Below, one piece after another: positions 53,393 to 64,000 of a stretch of DNA of 64,000 bases. The DNA is from Paraspadella gotoi (lineage: Eukaryota > Animalia > Chaetognatha), in contig CM119263.1 of the NCBI GenBank assembly GCA_051294375.1, positions 6,425,645-6,489,644 on the forward strand, given 5' to 3'. Within the stretch, counting starts at the first letter, position 1. Every line of letters starts with the position of its first letter. The position numbers were made by a program, and so were the translations under genes. The notes beneath the pieces were generated by a model. That model had not been told where the DNA came from and ran no database searches. It saw only the letters and a list, made by a program, of their open reading frames with translations.

Positions 53393-54776
53393 CCCGATAT
53401 TTCGCCAACTCTTTCCTTTTTCTTTCCACATTTCCCCCGCTTTTTTTCATCCACAACTCGTCCTTCTTCTTCTTTGCCATTAAGATGATTTCGCATTCCA
53501 TCTCCGGAGGGACGAATCTTCAGTCGCCGAAATCCGAGCCCAACGCCGAAGAAGAAACTGGAGACGCCGACGTCAACAGACAAATCGAATTTAACTTGTG
53601 AGTTTGTTTCACTCGGTTATTGAATATTATTAACTTAGTTTGTGCATGGAAGAGGAAGAGCGAAACCATTGATGCTGGGGTGGGGGAAAGAGAAGAAGGA
53701 AAAAGACGACGACGATGAAACCGATAATGCGGGTTAATTCGACGATGGAAGAGAGAGAGAGAGAAAGAGAGAGACTGAGAGATTTTTTTTTCTCCCTTTG
53801 GACTTTCACCCTAACCCTTTTTATCCGGATCGCTGCTTGCGGTGCCAGTACCCGTTGCGAAATAAGATGGATTAGCGGTGGAAAAATATGTGGTCCAAAA
53901 GAATAATTGAAAGCCGTTAAGGAAATCGTGGGGGAGGTGGGGGGGCGTAGAAAATCGATGGAAGTTGCGAGAGCACTCTCGGTAGAATCACTTGGATATT
54001 TTAAATGTAGTAGTACAGTCTTATATATTCAATGATTTATGTCACTTATGTTAATTTGGTACATTACTAGTAGTACTTAGTTGAATTTGTACCCAGGTAT
54101 TTTATGAAATAAGTACGACCAATATAAAAATTATCCATTCATTTAATAAATAAGCTAATAAATAAGCCCCTGACTTTGAACAGGCTATGCTGGGTTAATG
54201 CCTCCATCACTCCAGACTAACTGGCTTATTTCATTGCCTTTAGTATGTTTATTATGTATATTTCTTGTTTTCCTTCAATTATAGTTTTTATCGTTAAGAA
54301 AGATTGACCTATATCCCTTGAGCATAACTAAGTCACTCTCTGAAAAAATGTTAGGAGATGGAATTTCCCCATGAGTGAACCTCTTTAAAGAAAAAATGGG
54401 GAAAATCAACGTATTCCATCAACGAAAAATTTTTTTTTCTTCATCGCCTATAGTTTGAGTGGTTTTAAAAGAAGCTCGGTGAAGCATTAAAATTTTCACT
54501 GAGCCTCTTTACATCTTGTTATTGATTTTTTTTCCCTTGGAAAGCTCGTGCGTCGGCTTTGCAGTCGTTGTCCCTTTACTCACGGAGCCCCTTACCCCTT
54601 TCTAGGTTTGACGTTGATTTGTTGAAAAATAGGAAAGCATTTCTAAGGCTCGACGTTCTCCGTTACTCGCGTGGGTTAAAAAAAAGAAGGGCTGGGTGGA
54701 ATGAAGAGGTTGATGGAGGCGGTTGGATAGGAAAATTGTGAAGAGTTCAGCTTTAAAATCGAGGCGATCTCCTCTC

Positions 54777-54841
<65 letters not shown>

Positions 54842-57503
54842 GTTTAGTTCAGTCTGATTCGAACATCCTTCCTGTTTTCAGTGTAAACAACCAAGCATCA
54901 TGGGCTTTCAAAGCTTTTTTTTAGCTTTCTGCGATCGAAGTTTTCTTGAAAGCTCTCTTTCTGTTCCTAATCTACCGCCGACGCCGGCGCCGCTTCGAAC
55001 CGAAGCGTCGAGAGCGACTATCGCCCCACATGCTGCCTCTCTTTAAATCTCCCCTTTCAATTTCTTCGTCCCGATCAAAGCCTCTATTATTCGACCGGCT
55101 TTCAGACTCAATCTTTTTTCGCTTTATTCCAGATCTAATTATAATCTATGGTTAGTATTGGTTACTCTACTTCTCTCTTTTTCAGCTCGGCTTGACTCGA
55201 CGTTTTTACTCTAAAGGCACATTATTAAACTAATTAAAATTAATTATCTAATGCGTTCTGCTGGGGAAAAAAATTAATTTAAATTTATTTTCACGATAGA
55301 AATTCGAGAGTAAGTTCGGAAAAAAAGACTCGATAATTTTATGCATTTTGTAATTTTGAGATTTAAATGCAAATTTAATTCTTAGCAGTATGCAGGAAAT
55401 TACGTTATAATCAAATGTATTCCAAGAAAGTTGAATAGATAGTCGGTGGTTTGATGACGAAATTTTGTGAAAATTCAGATTTGGACATATCTATTCTAAT
55501 TATTACGTTGGGATGACAAGTTTATCCTTGAATGAGATAAAAAATTCTGTTCGTTTTTTTTTCGCCCGGTTCGAATTTCCTTTTTTACCAACTGTGGTGA
55601 TCAATGTGGTTGGACGACCTTTGCATTTATATTACATAATAGTAATGAATTGATGATCATTGACGGCTTTCATGTCCTCGTTAGTACAAAGAGCGAATTA
55701 AAACTCCTATTGAGAGAAGTGTGGGATGAGGCACTTGACTCAAATTTATTTTACAAAAATTTGACAATTTTATTGTAGGTCCGAGGACTAGGATGAAAAA
55801 ATGCTTCAAAACGTACATTACAAATGAGAAAGACATGATTATAACTATTACGTGATAGCTTGTGCCGTTGAGATAAGTTTAGGAGAATACATGTATGGTT
55901 GTTATTTATTGCACTTAACAATAAACATAGATTACGAGTATGAACGCTTCTCACATCAGTTGAAAATTTTTTTTTTCTCAGAAAAAACGAAATTTTTGGG
56001 TGCGCCTCTCTCAACCTTTCTGACTATATTCACCACGGCGACGTACGCCTTGCGCGAATCCGCATCCAGTACTTGGCGACGCAGATGAATCGCCTGGAGC
56101 CGCTCGCGCCGACAACGCCATCTTCCGGTCACGCGGAGGAATCAACTACAGCGCCGCCACCCGAGGCGTGCGACGTCGGGGGCGGCGCCGCCTGCTGCGA
56201 CACCAAACGCGTTTCGAATCAGGTTCGAGGCTTTTATCGACTTTCGCTCGATATCTCGGTTAGGGGCGGGCGAAGGGGGTTAGGGGGTAGGGCGTGGTAT
56301 GCAAGGCGTCGCTAGGGGGCGGATTGAAAGGATATGAAGTCGCGTTTGAGCGAGAATTAAAAAGGGATTAAGGCGAGAACCGTTGAAGCGACTGTAACTG
56401 GATCTTTCTTTCATTTTTCCCCCCCTCTTTTTTTCCCTCCTCTTGTTTTCGCCCTTTCCGGATATTAAAGGAGCGCCTCCTCCTCCGGTCGGAGTTGCGC
56501 CTTCAATTGCTACGACGTTTGGCGCCACTTCCGGTCCGCCACCCCACGGAGGCGCTTCAGACGTTGACGGCATTGGCGCGGACGACGCTCGTCTCCGACG
56601 AATTGTCAACCGTTGGCGTGGCGGTGGCTGCAGATGTGCTCAACAAGGCGGCTGAAAGCGTCGTTTTCGATCGCCGAGGAGTCGAGAGGTCAACGCTGCC
56701 GCAAGTGAGTCTTTAGTTTTGAGGGAAGCAAGAGGAAGGCAAAGTAGGTGTGTTTATTTATTGTGAGGTTGGTTCAGGATTTGTGCTTCTTTTTAGCTTC
56801 ACAACATCCCACCCCGATGACTGCGATGATGTTAATCTTTAGGGTATGTCGACGCTGGCGCCTCATTTTATTGACGGCGTCGTCGGTGCTTTCTCAAACC
56901 TCTTGGAATCGATCGTCAATGGCCGGGCACTAAAAGAGTCGGCCGATATCGCGGTTCGCGCCGAGAAGGTTCTGACCGGCGTCGTTAAGGTAAGGATTGG
57001 CTTAGCTTTTGCAAGTAAGGATGTCGCAAAATTTTACTGATATTGTGACAGAAACTAAGCACTAAAACCGTGACTAAAAAACTGTTTTCGATTTCGCCGA
57101 ACTCGCTGTGACTCGGCAATAACACGGGATTCGCCCCGCGGTTATCTTTTATTTGACGTCGACCCGAATGTGAATATTCAGGAACTTGGACCGCCTTCGC
57201 TTTTTTACGAGCAAAAAAAACATTAGACAGAAAAAAAAAATCCTTTTCTGTGTTTTTTCCTGGATTATTTTTCTTTTCGCCGAGTCCGAGTTGAAAGAAA
57301 AGCGAAAGAAAGAATCTTAATCCTGTTACGGGGGGACTCGTTTGCTGGCTCCTTCATTTCCCCTTCTGACTCAAGTTGGGGATAAAAACCGCGTTAAATA
57401 AAAAAAAAATCTTTAAAATTTAAAAAGTTTCATTAATTTTTTTCGTTCACCTATTATATTTTATTTTGCAAGTCAAGCTGTTCCTCACGATTCTAAAATT
57501 TCC

Positions 57504-57550
<47 letters not shown>

Positions 57551-58056
57551 CCTTCTCTCTCTCTCTCTCTCTCTCGAATTGGCAATGGTTGCCGGCCGTC
57601 CCTTTAAAAAGTTTACTTTGTGTTCCTCCTTCGCGAAATTCTGCCAACGCCATTGTTTCGGGTGAAGAGGCGATGGAGGGCGATCGCCGAGCGAAATGGA
57701 AAGTGAGGGAGGGCGATGGATCGTGACGGAAAGAGATTGCAGTTGCAGACGATGGGACCGACGACGGTGGGATGGGAAGGTGAAGTTGGAAAGTCTGCGA
57801 AATGAGTATTGAGCAGTTGGGTTTTGGGAGGCGACCAAAGGCGAAGGAGAGGCGATCGGGAAACAAAAGGAGAACCGATGAACTTCGCGGGAAAAATGGG
57901 GAAAAAAAAAATTTCGTTTGCGCATTTTTCCCCCTTCGTGATTTTCCCCGACGGCGTTCAAAACTCCTTCCGATTCTCTCTATTCCTTCTGTCAACAACT
58001 GAATTGTTTTCTTTGCTCTTTCCACTCTTGGCTGAACCTTTTCAAAAAAGCTTTTG

Positions 58057-58124
<68 letters not shown>

Positions 58125-58566
58125 GCACACACTGCCCAAGATCCCGACCTCTCTCGACCGGGACTGACTTACTTTTTTGTTTTCTTGGCGGGTGATTGAT
58201 TTTTCTCTCCTTTCTTGACTCTCGAAGCTTTCTTCGCGTTTCCTCTCCGCGTCGCCTTCAGATCTCGGAAGTCGATTGTTATCGCGACGCCGCTTTTTTT
58301 TTCGGCGTCATTCCGTCGCGGTCGCAGCGGCGCCAAACCATCGGATTTCGATTTCCCTTTTTTTTTCTGCTTCGCGTTAAATCCTTAAATCACCTCGCGT
58401 CTCATTTTCAAACCTCGTTGGAAAAAAAAAGGTGCGGAAAGGGAGAGTGGGATCGGGGAAAAAAAAGGAAAAAAATCCTGGAAACGAAGGAAACTAATAA
58501 AGTTTAACCTTAAGCACAAAAGCCGAGAGAAAAAGTCGCTACGAGCAATAAATGTTTTCTCCTTCG

Positions 58567-58612
<46 letters not shown>

Positions 58613-58680
58613 GGGCTTAGTTTGGAAGGCCGATATTGCTGTTGCGAGGACTAGCGCGAAGCCATTGATGAGAGAGAGAG

Positions 58681-58715
<35 letters not shown>

Positions 58716-61700
58716 AGGGAAAGGGTCGGGTTTGATATAGGATGGTAAATAAAGAAGGGCATTCGATATGGAAAGGGGGCGAAAGGAATTAAAAGCAGGG
58801 GCGTTAGAAGTCGAACGGAAGGATAATTTAAAATGGGTGGGCGAAAAACCGCAGTCGAGGTTTGAGAAATGAGGAGCGAGGGAGAGAAAGAGCCCTCGTC
58901 GAAAGGCGCGAAATAAACGACTGGAGGCGATGGAAGGCCGAAGATGGATTCCGCCCTCCCCCCTTCACTTTCTCTCGGATCTTTCCCTCTCAATTTTCTT
59001 CTTTCGTCCGCCCCCTCTGGATATCAGTCCTCGACCGAGCGCCGAGGTGTGGCTCTCGATATTTCGTGAACAAACAAAGAAGAGGCCGGGTGAATTCCGC
59101 TAGCAAGAGAGAGAGAAAGATTGTGAAAGAGGGAGAGAGATTCGCGGCGAGAAGCAGTGAATCGTCTTGATTCAATTAACTGGCCCGGGAAAATATATCG
59201 AAAGGAGAAAGAGAAAGAGAAAAAAAAAGCTTGGATTCGCTCGTTGCGGCGTTGGACAAGGTCGTTGGTTTGTTGGTTTGTGGAAAGGGGGGGGGAGGTG
59301 AGAGCCGGGCCTCGCGGATTGCTCGGGATTTGATTTCCAAGATATCGCGAGGGAAGCAATAGCCTAGCGTTTCGGGTCATTCTTTTTTATTTTTCGTCGA
59401 CCGATAGAGAGAGGTACGTAGAAAGAGGGAGAATGAGAGAGATTTAAATTTTTTGGAGGGAGAGCGAAAGATAGAAACCGAGAGATTGAAAAAACCTGCG
59501 GGGAGAACACGTTAAAGATGTTCTTTACGGCTTGGGTAGAGAAAGAGAAATAGAAATGAAAGAAAAAATTTTTTTCTGGAAATTTCGCCGCTGATCCGAA
59601 TCTCTTAAAATATTTTTTGAGCGAAATGTAGATCTTGCTGGATCGAAAGGGCGTCGCTTCGGATTAAATTTTCTATTCGGATCTTTGGGATTTCTATTCG
59701 CCTCTAACTATTCAGTCATCTCAACCATTCTGTGAAAAAAAAAACCACTGACAGAAAATAAAGGACCAGAAAAAAAACTCGTTACCAAAAAGAATGTTCC
59801 TTTCCGAAACTATAACTGACGCCATAAAAAACCTAAAAATTGCGATAATCGTTACATTTGTTTTATGATCAACGAAGTTTAAAAAAAAAAGAAATATTTC
59901 TACAACAATTACTGAATGCGGACAATTTAAGTAACAACCAACTTTTTCAAAGTCGTGACAATGCGTCTCCCCGCACTTGTTTACCCGTCTCTTCCTTTTC
60001 GTCCAGCTGGAGGTCGGCGCCACCCGCGTTCCGAATCAGGCGCCACTCATCAGCGCCTCCCCTTTCGTCAAGATCCTCGGGGTCAAACTCTCCGGGGACT
60101 CAGCCCGAGATGGAACCGGGGATGGAACCCAGACTCTCGCCGTGGAAAACGTTACTTTCGTCTTCCCACGAGGATTCGTCGCACAGGTAAAAAGGGGAAC
60201 ATTCTATGCTACTTTCCCCCTTCACGCTCGCATAAACCCTCTTTTTTTATTACCACCAAGAGAGTGTGAGCTAGCGACCTCCCTTTTCCTCCCTCTCCTT
60301 TCACCCCGAGTTGGATTTCGTCAAAAAGATTGGCCAACAGCTCGTCTTTCGCGCCACCGCGTCAAATTCGCGGCAGATGGCGTCCGAGTTAATCGCCTCG
60401 TCGCCGTTCGAGAGGAATGGAAAAAGAGAGGGGGGAAAGTGGCCTAAAGAGGGTTATAGAAAAGAGAAGCTGGTTGTGTGGTTGTGTTTGTGTTTAATCT
60501 CGCTTTTTTCATCGCCCTCCACCCCCTCTCCTCCACCTTCAACCCCCAGGCGCTGTTGTCTCTTTCGACGCGGCGCGACGACGCCGGTCGATCTCGTTCA
60601 GGTCGCGCCGCCATTCCACCGCCGGATTGTCTCATGGCCATCATAATCAACTATCGGGGGAACCCTTTTCTAAAGGATGCTCTCGGACCAGAGGTTAGTT
60701 CTCGTTACAAACCTACCGCCACCACTCCCCTCAACCAAAACCTCCGCCACCTCGCGGCCTCCTTGCAACCAAAATAAAAACAAAAGGATGAAACGAGGAG
60801 CGGAGGCTGTGTTATCGAATCGCGTCGTATAAACAACGTTCGCCTTTCGCAACCTCGTCGGGGGTTTTTATTTGGGCTTTAGCGTCGGCGGAACGACGCC
60901 TCGGACCGCCTCGCGAGGATTGAAGAGGGGGGAGAAGGATCAAGACCAAACTCGAGTTTGTCTAAACCTTTTCCCTTTTGTTTTTCAGATCGTCACCGTC
61001 GTTTCTTCGATACGTCTGTTCAGTTGCCATGCCGACGTTCGATCGAACTCGGCGACGCAGATCACGGCGAAGAAGGGGGGCCACCCTTTCGAGATTAGGC
61101 TTCCTATCAAAGAAGACGTCGCTTCGAAGGTGAGGGAAAGCCGGGGATTTTAATGATCCGTTAATTTCTCTCTCTCTTCGATTCTTTTTCCACTTTTTCC
61201 GCTTTGTATCCGGGAAGTGAGTGGCAGGTTTTTTGGAGCCTATTTCGTCTATTGGGAATCGCACCCACTTCCTCTCTCTTTCTTCTTCCTGCGAGGTTAC
61301 CTCTAAATTCCCTTTCCTGTTTCCCTAGCTTTTCCAAGAANNNNNNNNNNGTTGTTTTCGTCCGCATTTGTTTCATTTCATTTTCTTCCCAGACTTGATG
61401 ATAAATTTTACGTATCCTGTGATAAATATTTCCTGTTAATCCTTTTTCGATTTACGTCAGATTCCGGCCTCGCCAAATTTTTGGCTTCCGCGAAGTCGTA
61501 TGAACGTTCATCCGTTCAATGTGACGCGCGAGAATTTGGGACACGCCCTCCGCGTCACCGTTCGTCTGGATCCACTTCCTGCGACGTCAGGCGGATCGAA
61601 GAAACACCACTTTCCATTAGCCCTGCTGGTCGGGTGAGTGCGAGTTTGAGAGAGCGATTTTTTTATCTCGCCCGGATGTGGAGGAAGAAAGGGACGGGGG

Positions 61701-62171
61701 GGAGAGGGGGTGCAGGTCAGACGTGGCGGTGTTTTTGTTAGCGTTCTAGTTGGGCGACTTCCGAGTTGGTATTTTTGTTTTTTGAAAGTAGTGGTATTGT
61801 TGGCGCATGAGTCCTCCGCTAGGGGGTGTTGTGTATAAGTAGCGTCGATTGGCTAAAAAGATAAATTAAATGGAAAACCGGCCTCTCTCTCTCTTTTTCA
61901 AAGCGAAAACCTCAATCAATCTCGCATTCGATCGTCAGCGAATAAAATTACGAGTCTCGACTGAAAAAAAAGGGGGAATTATGGATGAAAGGAGGCGAAA
62001 ATCGAGCGAGTTGCATTATGATGGATGAAAGGCGCGCCTACTCTCAGCATCAAAGAAATTTTGATTCCATCGCCAGTTGCGCCTGACTCTGAAAAAAAAA
62101 ATAAGGAAAAAGACAAATATAAAAAGCGAGGGAGTGAGGTTTTGGGGGTGAGGCGGCCTCCATTTCTCTAG

Positions 62172-62215
<44 letters not shown>

Positions 62216-62955
62216 TTCCCCTCCCCTTCCTCACTCTTCTTATAATTCATTCGTGTCGCGCGATGTTTGCTCTTAACGCTTTGTTTTTCGTCGTCAACGT
62301 CACGTTATTTTACTGCACGTCACAACGCCGCCACGGCGTGACTCCACGACGCTCGACATCCATTCGCCACCGGCGACGTCGCAAAAGCATTTCAACAAAA
62401 AAGAAAAAGAAAAAATACAAAAAAAAACGTTTTTTTGTCATCGCGGATATTAAAAAAGTATGGACGACAAAAGGCTATTTTCGAGTACATAAGTTTTTTG
62501 TAATTATACTCCGTTCAAACAAAATAACGGGGATACGTCATGAATTATTCCTCTCTCCTTTCTTGATCGACTGGGAATAAATTTGTCAGACGATAAACGG
62601 AAAATATGGGTGTCGCGCCTCTCGCGCTTTAGGAAATTTGTCGAGGGATGAACAGGAAATATGTGCTCGTGTCAAACGCTCTTTTAATAAATTCATACGT
62701 CGTAGAAAGAATACGTGGTAAAAAAAGGGAGAGAGATTCTCTTTAATTTGGTCGATTTGGTGGCGGGGAGAGTATAGCGTTGGGAGGGGGGGAGGCGTTG
62801 GTTTGTAATGCGTGTGAAAGTTGCCGTTGGTCGAACATTGGAACACAATGGAAATAATGGAAGTGAGAAGGAGGGGATTTGAGAGATGAATGGAATCATA
62901 AAGGAATAAGAAAAGGGTCGATGTAGGATATTGGAAGAGGAGAGACCGAGAGTTT

Positions 62956-63010
<55 letters not shown>

Positions 63011-63691
63011 CCACGAAGAATGGATTGGAAAAATTGAAAGCTCGGCTAATTACCGAGAAGGGAAATACGAGGGGAGGGGGGGGGGCCGGGGCAGAGAGAG
63101 AGAAAAATGTTGCCCCCTCCAAGACTCGAGAGGAGAAAAAATATACAAAAGAACCGTAAAGAGAAGAAAAAAGCAGAAACTCGACTACTCGACTCCATTT
63201 CTTCGATTTCTATGCGAAAAAATGTGGAAAAATGATATGGAAACGAAAAAGAAAAAAAAAAAAAATTTGGTCGTAGGGCGGACCAGCCTGAAATTTTGTC
63301 TCAAACCTGTGTTTTAAAAATTCCAGAGGTGAGCAAAGTTTCAGGTGTGTTCGACCTCGGCGATTTCCTCGGCGATTTTCTCTCGTCTCAGCGCCCCGAA
63401 TCTCGCGTGAACATTAAATTGTAAATATATTTTTTGTTGTTTTTTTTTCGGTAATCGTATATGATGAAAGTCTACAAAATTAATTTGGGCGTAAAAAGTG
63501 CATTATTCAGTCGTATTATTGATTAAGATCTTTATTCAAAATTTTCTTTTTCTCTGGCTCTATTTTTTTTATCACTCTTTTTTGTATCCGCAGGGAAAAA
63601 GATCCTCCGACGCCGACAAAATACATCAAGAAATGGGTCTTTGACCGGAAGAGCGAACGGCTCGATCTATTCCTGGACTCCTTCTTCAATG
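1351..63691 (+). CDS. PKD1L1: Polycystin-1-family (PKD1/PKD1L1-like) multi-exon gene, partial at both ends: WSC - PKD repeats - REJ - GAIN
   Basis: Manually spliced, mostly phase-compatible exons: 1351-1446, 5061-5302, 6045-6197, 6333-6468, 7429-7618, 7684-7770, 9257-9458, 9566-9783, 9856-9923, 10024-10205, 10734-10863, 11494-11591, 12249-12450, 12898-13114, 13242-13495, ~13708-13882 (frameshifted), 14453-14654, 15864-16021, 16204-16381, 24487-24736, 25571-25701, 27451-~27659, 28890-29088, 29199-29389, 29478-29674, 37835-38092, 38454-38667, 39427-39609, 39719-39878, 39957-40179, 40297-40457, 49580-49648, 50617-51153, 51279-51401, 51841-52047, 52432-52652, 52929-53117, 53485-53597, several at ~56000-56990, 60007-60186, ~60550-60692, ~60989-61129, 61461-61633, 63594-63691. 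PKD motifs WDFGDG and ASNPVS recur; REJ motifs CQPPRV, GKCAVSPDEG, FRLPAG, VFDALGA. The segment MNVHPF..HFPLALLVGEKDPPTP resembles PKD1L1 from memory, so the symbol is tentative. Confidence 0.88.
1582..3288 (-). CDS. EFHB: EF-hand domain-containing family member B (EFHB/CFAP21), ciliary protein; single exon, nested antisense in the PKD1-like intron
   Basis: 568-aa ORF with EF-hand pair (DRNKNGFIEKSE; DTNGKISFLAF) and EFHB-type motifs YVKSHNSYFVGEQKHRVY, GKPTPHDNAG and YGIPTIRCD..P.LRRISDTTNYGD. Confidence 0.9.
   Translation of the reverse strand: MNIILKMSTATKFSRIYEGYFRDRNPDERAAGILINPGERVDPCIQPDNHVPRPTSPAAVKKFRLTLRPAPSERRVFYGVADDYDRTRTFEALRHGVSTKSSQAAGAVVNPAPLSKFSNHQRQRDESVYDSVRRAPLGSSHDQGPGLPEGVNLLSTTFGVKSLKDIGAKALVNPELDPTEIDANHVSGHRLYVKSHNSYFVGEQKHRVYDVNFDSQEIRGKPTPHDNAGRNIKRSMIWLTETAARRAAPLVSKRVDDYRERSQHQISSVHDPLKLTIEHLPKDHTFGILIKPDPYGAGDVIHGRVQSNQTKESKTMRGKDRARGSVAIVQHQMKKINYQQYRTLWQAFNDYDRNKNGFIEKSELAEACSRAGFTLEEELLNELVKQCGGDTNGKISFLAFVNYLNWKDYLPSGKPGQELEKLPNIPKSIDKAIGNYKTSAMKIKSVIGGSEKNDTREWRRYGIPTIRCDKAAPRLRRISDTTNYGDQTNAYGIVHPSIYAQKGVFEKDFFQSRSKEEIKKIFSPVININEESFHKIWENAEKISGQGKVNVETFRYALDQKAQELLNQ
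3402..3425. promoter_or_regulatory. Possible RFX X-box-like site upstream of EFHB
   Basis: GTTGCCAAGC plus GTTGCTATGAAAAT ~120 bp upstream of the ORF; imperfect match to GTNRCC(N0-3)RGYAAC next to a ciliary gene. Confidence 0.4.
4121..4492. repeat. Dispersed repeat (non-LTR 3'-tail-like), here split by a MITE; other copies ~36265-36418, ~43289-43440, ~45333-45443, ~54106-54211
   Basis: Shared sequence aaattggtacaaccaatataaaaattatccattcatttaataaataagctatcttgcccctgactttggacaggctttggtggtttaaggcctccatca, often next to (TA)n. Confidence 0.8.
4199..4408. mobile_element. 210-bp hAT-like MITE with 8-bp TSD TTGGACAG
   Basis: TTGGACAG at 4191-4198 and 4409-4416; imperfect TIRs TAAGGCCTAGTGAAA / TTTTGCTACGCTTTA. 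The empty site is visible in other copies of the host repeat. Confidence 0.8.
4647..4720 (-). ncRNA. Type-P5 twister ribozyme candidate
   Basis: Minus strand GCAGUU AA GAGG GACGG GGCGCU UAA CCC GC CUGUAACA UGG UGUUACAG CCUGA UCCGAAGC UCAGG GACUGC. P5 GCAGUU/GACUGC, P3, P4 CCUGA/UCAGG, T1 CCG/CGG and T2 GC/GC are present; P2 is imperfect and P1 minimal. Confidence 0.75.
4724..4797 (-). ncRNA. tRNA-derived module inside the LTR (not a functional tRNA gene)
   Basis: 74 nt: acceptor-like stem GCGGCCA/TGGTCGC, A-box-like TGGTGCCGGAGG, variable loop AGGTC, T-arm CCGGG-TTCTAG-CCCGG; the anticodon arm is degenerate. Confidence 0.7.
11087..11341. mobile_element. Degenerate Tc1/mariner-like MITE; related copy at ~26555-27138
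   Basis: TA-CAGT start, imperfect terminal and subterminal inverted repeats (ctagttctctcaaa / tttgagagaacttctag). The internal sequence recurs near 26610-26700 and 27095-27138. Confidence 0.5.
18466..18551 (+). other. DIRS internal complementary region (ICR)
   Basis: Its reverse complement reads gcggaccgatatagaattaatattccataaaggaattaaaaattctcatatcggtccgcc, i.e. the right end joined to the left end. Confidence 0.9.
19800..21620 (+). pseudogene. DIRS reverse transcriptase / RNase H / methyltransferase-like region (frameshifted)
   Basis: Fragments VPVG(G)RL, FRRGDWGASV, RIHEDH, WKGRLYQYRVL-(P)FGL, WLRPHG; RNase H-like TSSLGG; MT-like PPP..VIRKLER..PFWPTQKWFQA. Confidence 0.8.
21620..22575 (+). 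pseudogene. DIRS tyrosine recombinase (frameshifted)
   Basis: Fragments LRYLGFL, YSTI, FRRLLKG, SRRPSEIVSL (RxSE), DRCPVQA and LRAGDWS, ending at the right ITR. Confidence 0.8.
25795..26545. other. Balanced-GC block in an AT-rich intron, possible TE relic
   Basis: Compositional contrast only; ends with a hairpin and a G-tract; no recognisable motif. Confidence 0.25.
29857..30490. repeat. CT-rich degenerate minisatellite (~24-26-nt unit tctttctccctgtgtgtctctctc) plus (CT)n, containing an N gap
   Basis: Directly visible periodicity. Confidence 0.9.
38813..39330. mobile_element. TTAA-flanked MITE (Kolobok-like ends); duplicate at 31818-32311
   Basis: TTAA|GGAGTGTAACGAAAAATTC ... GAATTTTTCGTTACACTCC|TTAA, imperfect TIR extending further inward. 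Confidence 0.7.
38866..38900 (-). ncRNA. Minimal (Penelope-type) hammerhead-like motif; copies 31869-31902 and 49433-49469
   Basis: CUGAUGA-A-GACUC-GAAACA-GAGUC-GAAAC-AU-GUC with palindromic stem III; stem I is weak. Confidence 0.5.
44811..44999 (+). mobile_element. Diverged tRNA-module plus twister-like cassette (second family, boundaries unresolved)
   Basis: tggcgccggagg...cccaacccaaagg is shared with family 1; stem gaatcagcag/ctgctgattc; GACGG..UCA CCC AC..CCCGA UCCGAAGU UCGGG; outer stem gttactcgtccg/cggacggtgaac. Confidence 0.65.
47932..48188 (+). mobile_element. 257-bp solo-LTR-like element (third family), 4-bp TSD GGAT, with tRNA module and twister
   Basis: GGAT|TGTGGCA...TGCCATA|GGAT; 5' hairpin ggcagc/gctgcc; A box TGGCTGAGCAGG; B box GGTTCAATCCC. 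Confidence 0.85.
48056..48135 (+). ncRNA. Type-P5 twister ribozyme (best match in the window)
   Basis: CUGGC UUAA AUGU GACGG UGCCGGUA UAA ACAU GC CAGUGAC..GUCACUG AGGG UCCGCAGC CCCU AU GCCAG: P5, P2 (ACAU/AUGU), P3, P4, T1 CCG/CGG and T2 GC/GC all pair. Confidence 0.85.
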
Positions 63692-64000
63692 GCAAGTACC
63701 TCCATTACCTTTTTCTTTTTTCGTCCATTTTCATCCAGTTAAATTGTTAGAATAATATTATAACCATTTTGAGGAACGAACGCTCGTAAATTTTGCTTTT
63801 TCTGTCCGATTGTTTTTCTACTTAAAGTGATCCAAAACATAACAGATTATCGTTGTTGTCTCCGTTGCCATGTGTTTCTCAATGTCCCTATTTCCCCTCT
63901 TCTCCTTCTATTTTGCCTTATCCGGTATCGCTACAGTTCTCCTTTTGCCGATATCTCACGCATTTTGCCCTCATGTCTCTTTCTCTATCTCTCCTTCTCG

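Overview
AT-rich animal (probably invertebrate) genomic DNA with N gaps and many homopolymer-type errors. Most of the window is one large multi-exon + strand polycystin-1-family gene (WSC, many PKD repeats, REJ, start of GAIN; closest to PKD1L1 as I recall it), open at both ends. An intronless antisense EFHB/CFAP21-like gene is nested in one intron. Most interesting: a 678-bp non-coding LTR element (613-1290) and a solo LTR of the same family (4595-4830), plus an unrelated-sequence solo LTR (47932-48188) and a degenerate relative (~44811-44999). Each LTR carries a tRNA-derived Pol III-type module followed directly by a circularly permuted (type P5) twister-ribozyme fold that covaries across families, suggesting a twister-based retrozyme able to release a ~442-nt circularisable RNA. 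One intron holds a DIRS tyrosine-recombinase retrotransposon, with its ICR unusually upstream of the ORFs, nested in a long-TIR non-autonomous DNA transposon. A ~6.9-kb tandem duplication (30.5-44.4 kb) is probably an assembly artefact. All structures were read by eye; no searches were run.
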